Below are positions 61,218-64,000 of a stretch of DNA of 64,000 nt, piece by piece (the stretch's first letter is position 1; each line of letters begins with the position of its first letter). Position numbers and translations under genes: made by a program. This stretch comes from an uncultured Fibrobacterota bacterium. Lineage in GTDB: Bacteria > Fibrobacterota > Chitinivibrionia > Chitinivibrionales > FEN-1185. The stretch covers positions 21,071-85,070 of the forward strand of contig CAVSQB010000030.1 of assembly GCA_963729895.1 (NCBI GenBank), read 5' to 3'. Under the pieces are notes generated by a model, which saw only the letters and a program-made list of their open reading frames with translations, was not told where the DNA came from and made no database searches.

Positions 61218-63524
61218 TCAAGGGATAACAAACATTTTTTGAAACTGCTTTTTCATTCCTTCAGTTACTGGGTCCTTGTACCCGATTCGAGCAAAGTAGA
61301 CCCCGGGAGGTACGGCGGTTCCAGCGGTGCTGCATAACCGCCAGTCAAACCCGTATTGCACCTCAGTAACCGATCTCGGCTGATTATTCTGCCCATATAC
61401 GTCATGGGTGATGAGAGTGCCGTCTGTGGAATAGATCCACAGCTCGAGAAGGCTTTTGCCTCTAAAAGCGATACTTCCGTCTCTTTTGAGGTGGACCGGG
61501 TTTGGAAAGACCACAACCGAGTTGATCGTATCCACCGGGGACAATGAAGAGTAGAAAACCGAATAAATACCTGGTTGTACGAGAGAGGCGATGTCACGCA
61601 GGGATTGGTTTGCGTACGATGCCGAATCCTTGACCTTCAACCACAGGGAGTTGTTCCACCTATACAAGCCCAACGCATAATTGGTGGTTGGAATAATCGT
61701 ACGTGAATCAATGGTAAGAGCGATTGAGGAACCAGTGGACCATATGCCAGGGAAAGAAATATTGAACAAACTGCTCACCGGGGTGAGTTGGTTGCTTTCG
61801 GCGACGGCGAGCAGTGAATCGTTCTTGACTGCCGCTATAGTAAGAGAACAACGCAAATTCGCCTGCGCTTTCAGGGAAATAACGGCAGTGTCGGTATTCG
61901 TGGCGGCCACAAACGTGTGTTGGGAACCTGCGGGATAGGTAACCGGACAGGTCTGAATCAATATCGAGGCATTATGGCTTGCAGCGATGTCACCGTTGGT
62001 TGCAATGACAAGAGCATCTTTGAGGGAAGGCCAGGCCGGAATTTCGAGGGAAGCAAGGGTGCTATTTGAAAAAGCAAAGTGCAAAATGGAATCGGCGCCG
62101 TCAGGTCTTTCAACAATGCAGGAAGCGGACCAGGCAGGGTATGAGGACGACGCGCCCGCCGGAAGATCTCCTTGAAAAGTCAAGTGCAGGGTGTCACCCG
62201 GTATCTGGGCCGGTTGAACCGCGAAGCGCTGCATGCTGAACGGACTCACCTGTTTAGTGATTGTCTGGGTCGTACCAAAAACGTCATACGTAAAGCTCCA
62301 TTGAGGAAGCAGCGGGGCATCCTGAATAAAAATGCCCGGAACGGCCCTGGTTCCGGTAAAGTAACTCTGCGTATGAAATGCGTTCAGGATATCGACCCAG
62401 TTCTCTCCGACGGACAAAGATTGAGCGCGGAGAATTTTGTAAAAACTACTCAGGGTGTCATAATCGCTGAAAAAGACGTGCCGGATAAAGTCATTATTCG
62501 CCACTGGGCTGTATAATTCGTGCAGGAACTTGGTTATCAGCGAATTCGTGTAAACGGCAGAGTCCGCTTCCGAAGGATTGAGCAAGATGATGGTAGGATC
62601 GTTGAAATACAGGGACGTATACTGGAGATAATCAAATACGTACCGAAAGGCCAGACCTTCCATCATAACGGCAGTTCCTTCGGTCCAGCTTAACGGAAAA
62701 GAATCCGGAACGCCGTAATTATCAACGCTCCACGCCATGGCGTATTGGATTGTGTGGAAGAATTCATGGGCGCAGGTCACTCGTGCGCCGTTGTACGGCA
62801 CCGTATCGTATCCCGTTCCGTACCAATCCGGGTCAGACCATTCGTTCCGTATTTCCGTGTGACTCGAGAAGCCATGCGGTCCAACCGGCTCATCCGGGAA
62901 GGTGAGGCCGTAATAGCCGGGATCGAGAGACGTGATCACAACCTTGGACCTGCTGGATCCGTGTTGCGCATCAGTGTAGGGAATGGGTTGCACATATTGA
63001 AATTGACCGACCTCCATCGACCATGCACTGTCGAGCGCCCACGCGACTTCATCGACATAGTCGGGAACGCCGTTGGGTTGATTGTTCTTTGTCCGCCAGT
63101 TGCCTGCCACACCAAAGCCGTAATTGTCGGTTGGATCTACGCTGCCATCGAGCGCAGTGGTATAATAGACTTCAAAATGGCCGCTCGGTGAAACATAGGA
63201 GGTGTAGCCGGAAGGTATCTGGGTTGCCTCTTTGTACAATTGCCGGAATTCCGGACTGAGGCTGTTCCAGACTTTGGCGAGCAAGAACAAATCGCTTTCG
63301 TTGAGCCGGTTTTGGGCGCTTGCGGGAGTACGGTTGATCCTGTGCTCCAAATAGGGCCTCAGCCTGTCTTCCAATGCTTGGACGTTTTTCGAGGAAATTG
63401 TGTTCTGTGGTGACCGGGCAGAACGAAGGTGCGAAGATTTTACCTTTGCGCTGCTGGTCCCGGCCATCACGCATAGCAAGAGAAGAAGGGTAAAAAGATG
63501 GAATGTGTTGAGCCGCAAAGTCAC
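61218..63524 (-). CDS. secreted zinc metalloprotease (HExxH; MXAN_6640-like) with T9SS-like C-terminal domain
   Basis: Signal peptide; SPSGHFEVYY, NGVPDYVD, AHEFFHTIQ...W.EGTA..ME; C-terminal VFPNP...IYSTDG...W......VPPGVYF. Confidence 0.8.
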   Translation of the reverse strand: MTLRLNTFHLFTLLLLLCVMAGTSSAKVKSSHLRSARSPQNTISSKNVQALEDRLRPYLEHRINRTPASAQNRLNESDLFLLAKVWNSLSPEFRQLYKEATQIPSGYTSYVSPSGHFEVYYTTALDGSVDPTDNYGFGVAGNWRTKNNQPNGVPDYVDEVAWALDSAWSMEVGQFQYVQPIPYTDAQHGSSRSKVVITSLDPGYYGLTFPDEPVGPHGFSSHTEIRNEWSDPDWYGTGYDTVPYNGARVTCAHEFFHTIQYAMAWSVDNYGVPDSFPLSWTEGTAVMMEGLAFRYVFDYLQYTSLYFNDPTIILLNPSEADSAVYTNSLITKFLHELYSPVANNDFIRHVFFSDYDTLSSFYKILRAQSLSVGENWVDILNAFHTQSYFTGTRAVPGIFIQDAPLLPQWSFTYDVFGTTQTITKQVSPFSMQRFAVQPAQIPGDTLHLTFQGDLPAGASSSYPAWSASCIVERPDGADSILHFAFSNSTLASLEIPAWPSLKDALVIATNGDIAASHNASILIQTCPVTYPAGSQHTFVAATNTDTAVISLKAQANLRCSLTIAAVKNDSLLAVAESNQLTPVSSLFNISFPGIWSTGSSIALTIDSRTIIPTTNYALGLYRWNNSLWLKVKDSASYANQSLRDIASLVQPGIYSVFYSSLSPVDTINSVVVFPNPVHLKRDGSIAFRGKSLLELWIYSTDGTLITHDVYGQNNQPRSVTEVQYGFDWRLCSTAGTAVPPGVYFARIGYKDPVTEGMKKQFQKMFVIP

Positions 63525-63606
63525 CTCGTGAAAGAATAAATCTACTTTATGATAGCATCAACGAGCCTGCATTTATGGGCTCAATAGCAATTGTTCATTT
63601 TCGGTC

Positions 63607-64000
63607 TCACGGAACAACAAACATCTTCTGCGCCTGTTTCTTCATTCCTTTTGTGATCGGATCCTCATATCCGATGCGCGCGAAATAGACTCCGGGAGGC
63701 ACGGCGGTCCCAATAGAACTGCACAATCGCCAGTCAAAACCGTATGGAGATTCCGCAACCGACCTCTGCTGATTGTTCTGCCCTTTTGCATCATGGGCGA
63801 CAAGTGTTCCGTCAATTGAGTAGACCCACAGTTCAAGAAGGTTTTTGCCTCTAAAAGCAATACTTCTGTCTCGCTTGATGTGTGCAGGGTTGGGGTAGAC
63901 CGCCACCGAATTGGCCGTATCCACAGGCGAGAGTGATGAGTAGAAAACTGCATATATTCCTGGTTGGACAAGAAATGCAATGTCGCGCAGGGATTGATTA
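63607..64000 (-). CDS. 3' end of a gene entering from the right edge, paralogous to the C-terminus of 61218-63524
   Basis: Open frame to the window end: NQSLRDIAFLVQPGIYAVFYSSLSPVDTANSVAVYPNP...KMFVVP; about 80% identical by eye to the last 130 aa of the neighbouring protease. Confidence 0.85.
   Translation of the reverse strand, partial: NQSLRDIAFLVQPGIYAVFYSSLSPVDTANSVAVYPNPAHIKRDRSIAFRGKNLLELWVYSIDGTLVAHDAKGQNNQQRSVAESPYGFDWRLCSSIGTAVPPGVYFARIGYEDPITKGMKKQAQKMFVVP

Overview
A gene-dense, roughly 55% GC chromosomal segment of an anaerobic diderm bacterium. T9SS-like C-terminal domains, many TPR/PilZ/PEGA proteins and the protein styles suggest Fibrobacterota (Chitinivibrionia-like); this is inference only. 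Most of the window is housekeeping: a cheB/cheR fusion running off the left edge, ogt, nifJ, cmk-rpsA, pilT-pilC, tyrS, mtgA, a complete F1Fo operon, dapL, glgB, proS, rfaD, a cold-shock gene and ispF. Less ordinary elements: (1) a stand-alone tssK-tssL-tssM trio with no other T6SS genes in the window, divergent from a PEGA protein plus a membrane Ser/Thr kinase, with a perfect 24-bp palindrome between the two units; (2) an ADP-ribosylglycohydrolase-PilZ-PfkB cluster upstream of nifJ, whose PfkB protein has lost the catalytic GAGD motif; (3) an intact IS5-family element inserted just upstream of a giant TPR-rppH-ECF sigma-anti-sigma cluster; (4) a doubly broken PAS histidine kinase pseudogene; (5) a Cache-like sensor fused to a long coiled coil with no enzymatic output; (6) a secreted HExxH protease and an adjacent partial gene sharing an about 80% identical C-terminal domain. 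No rRNA, tRNA or CRISPR array was seen. Family assignments come from motif reading, not database searches.
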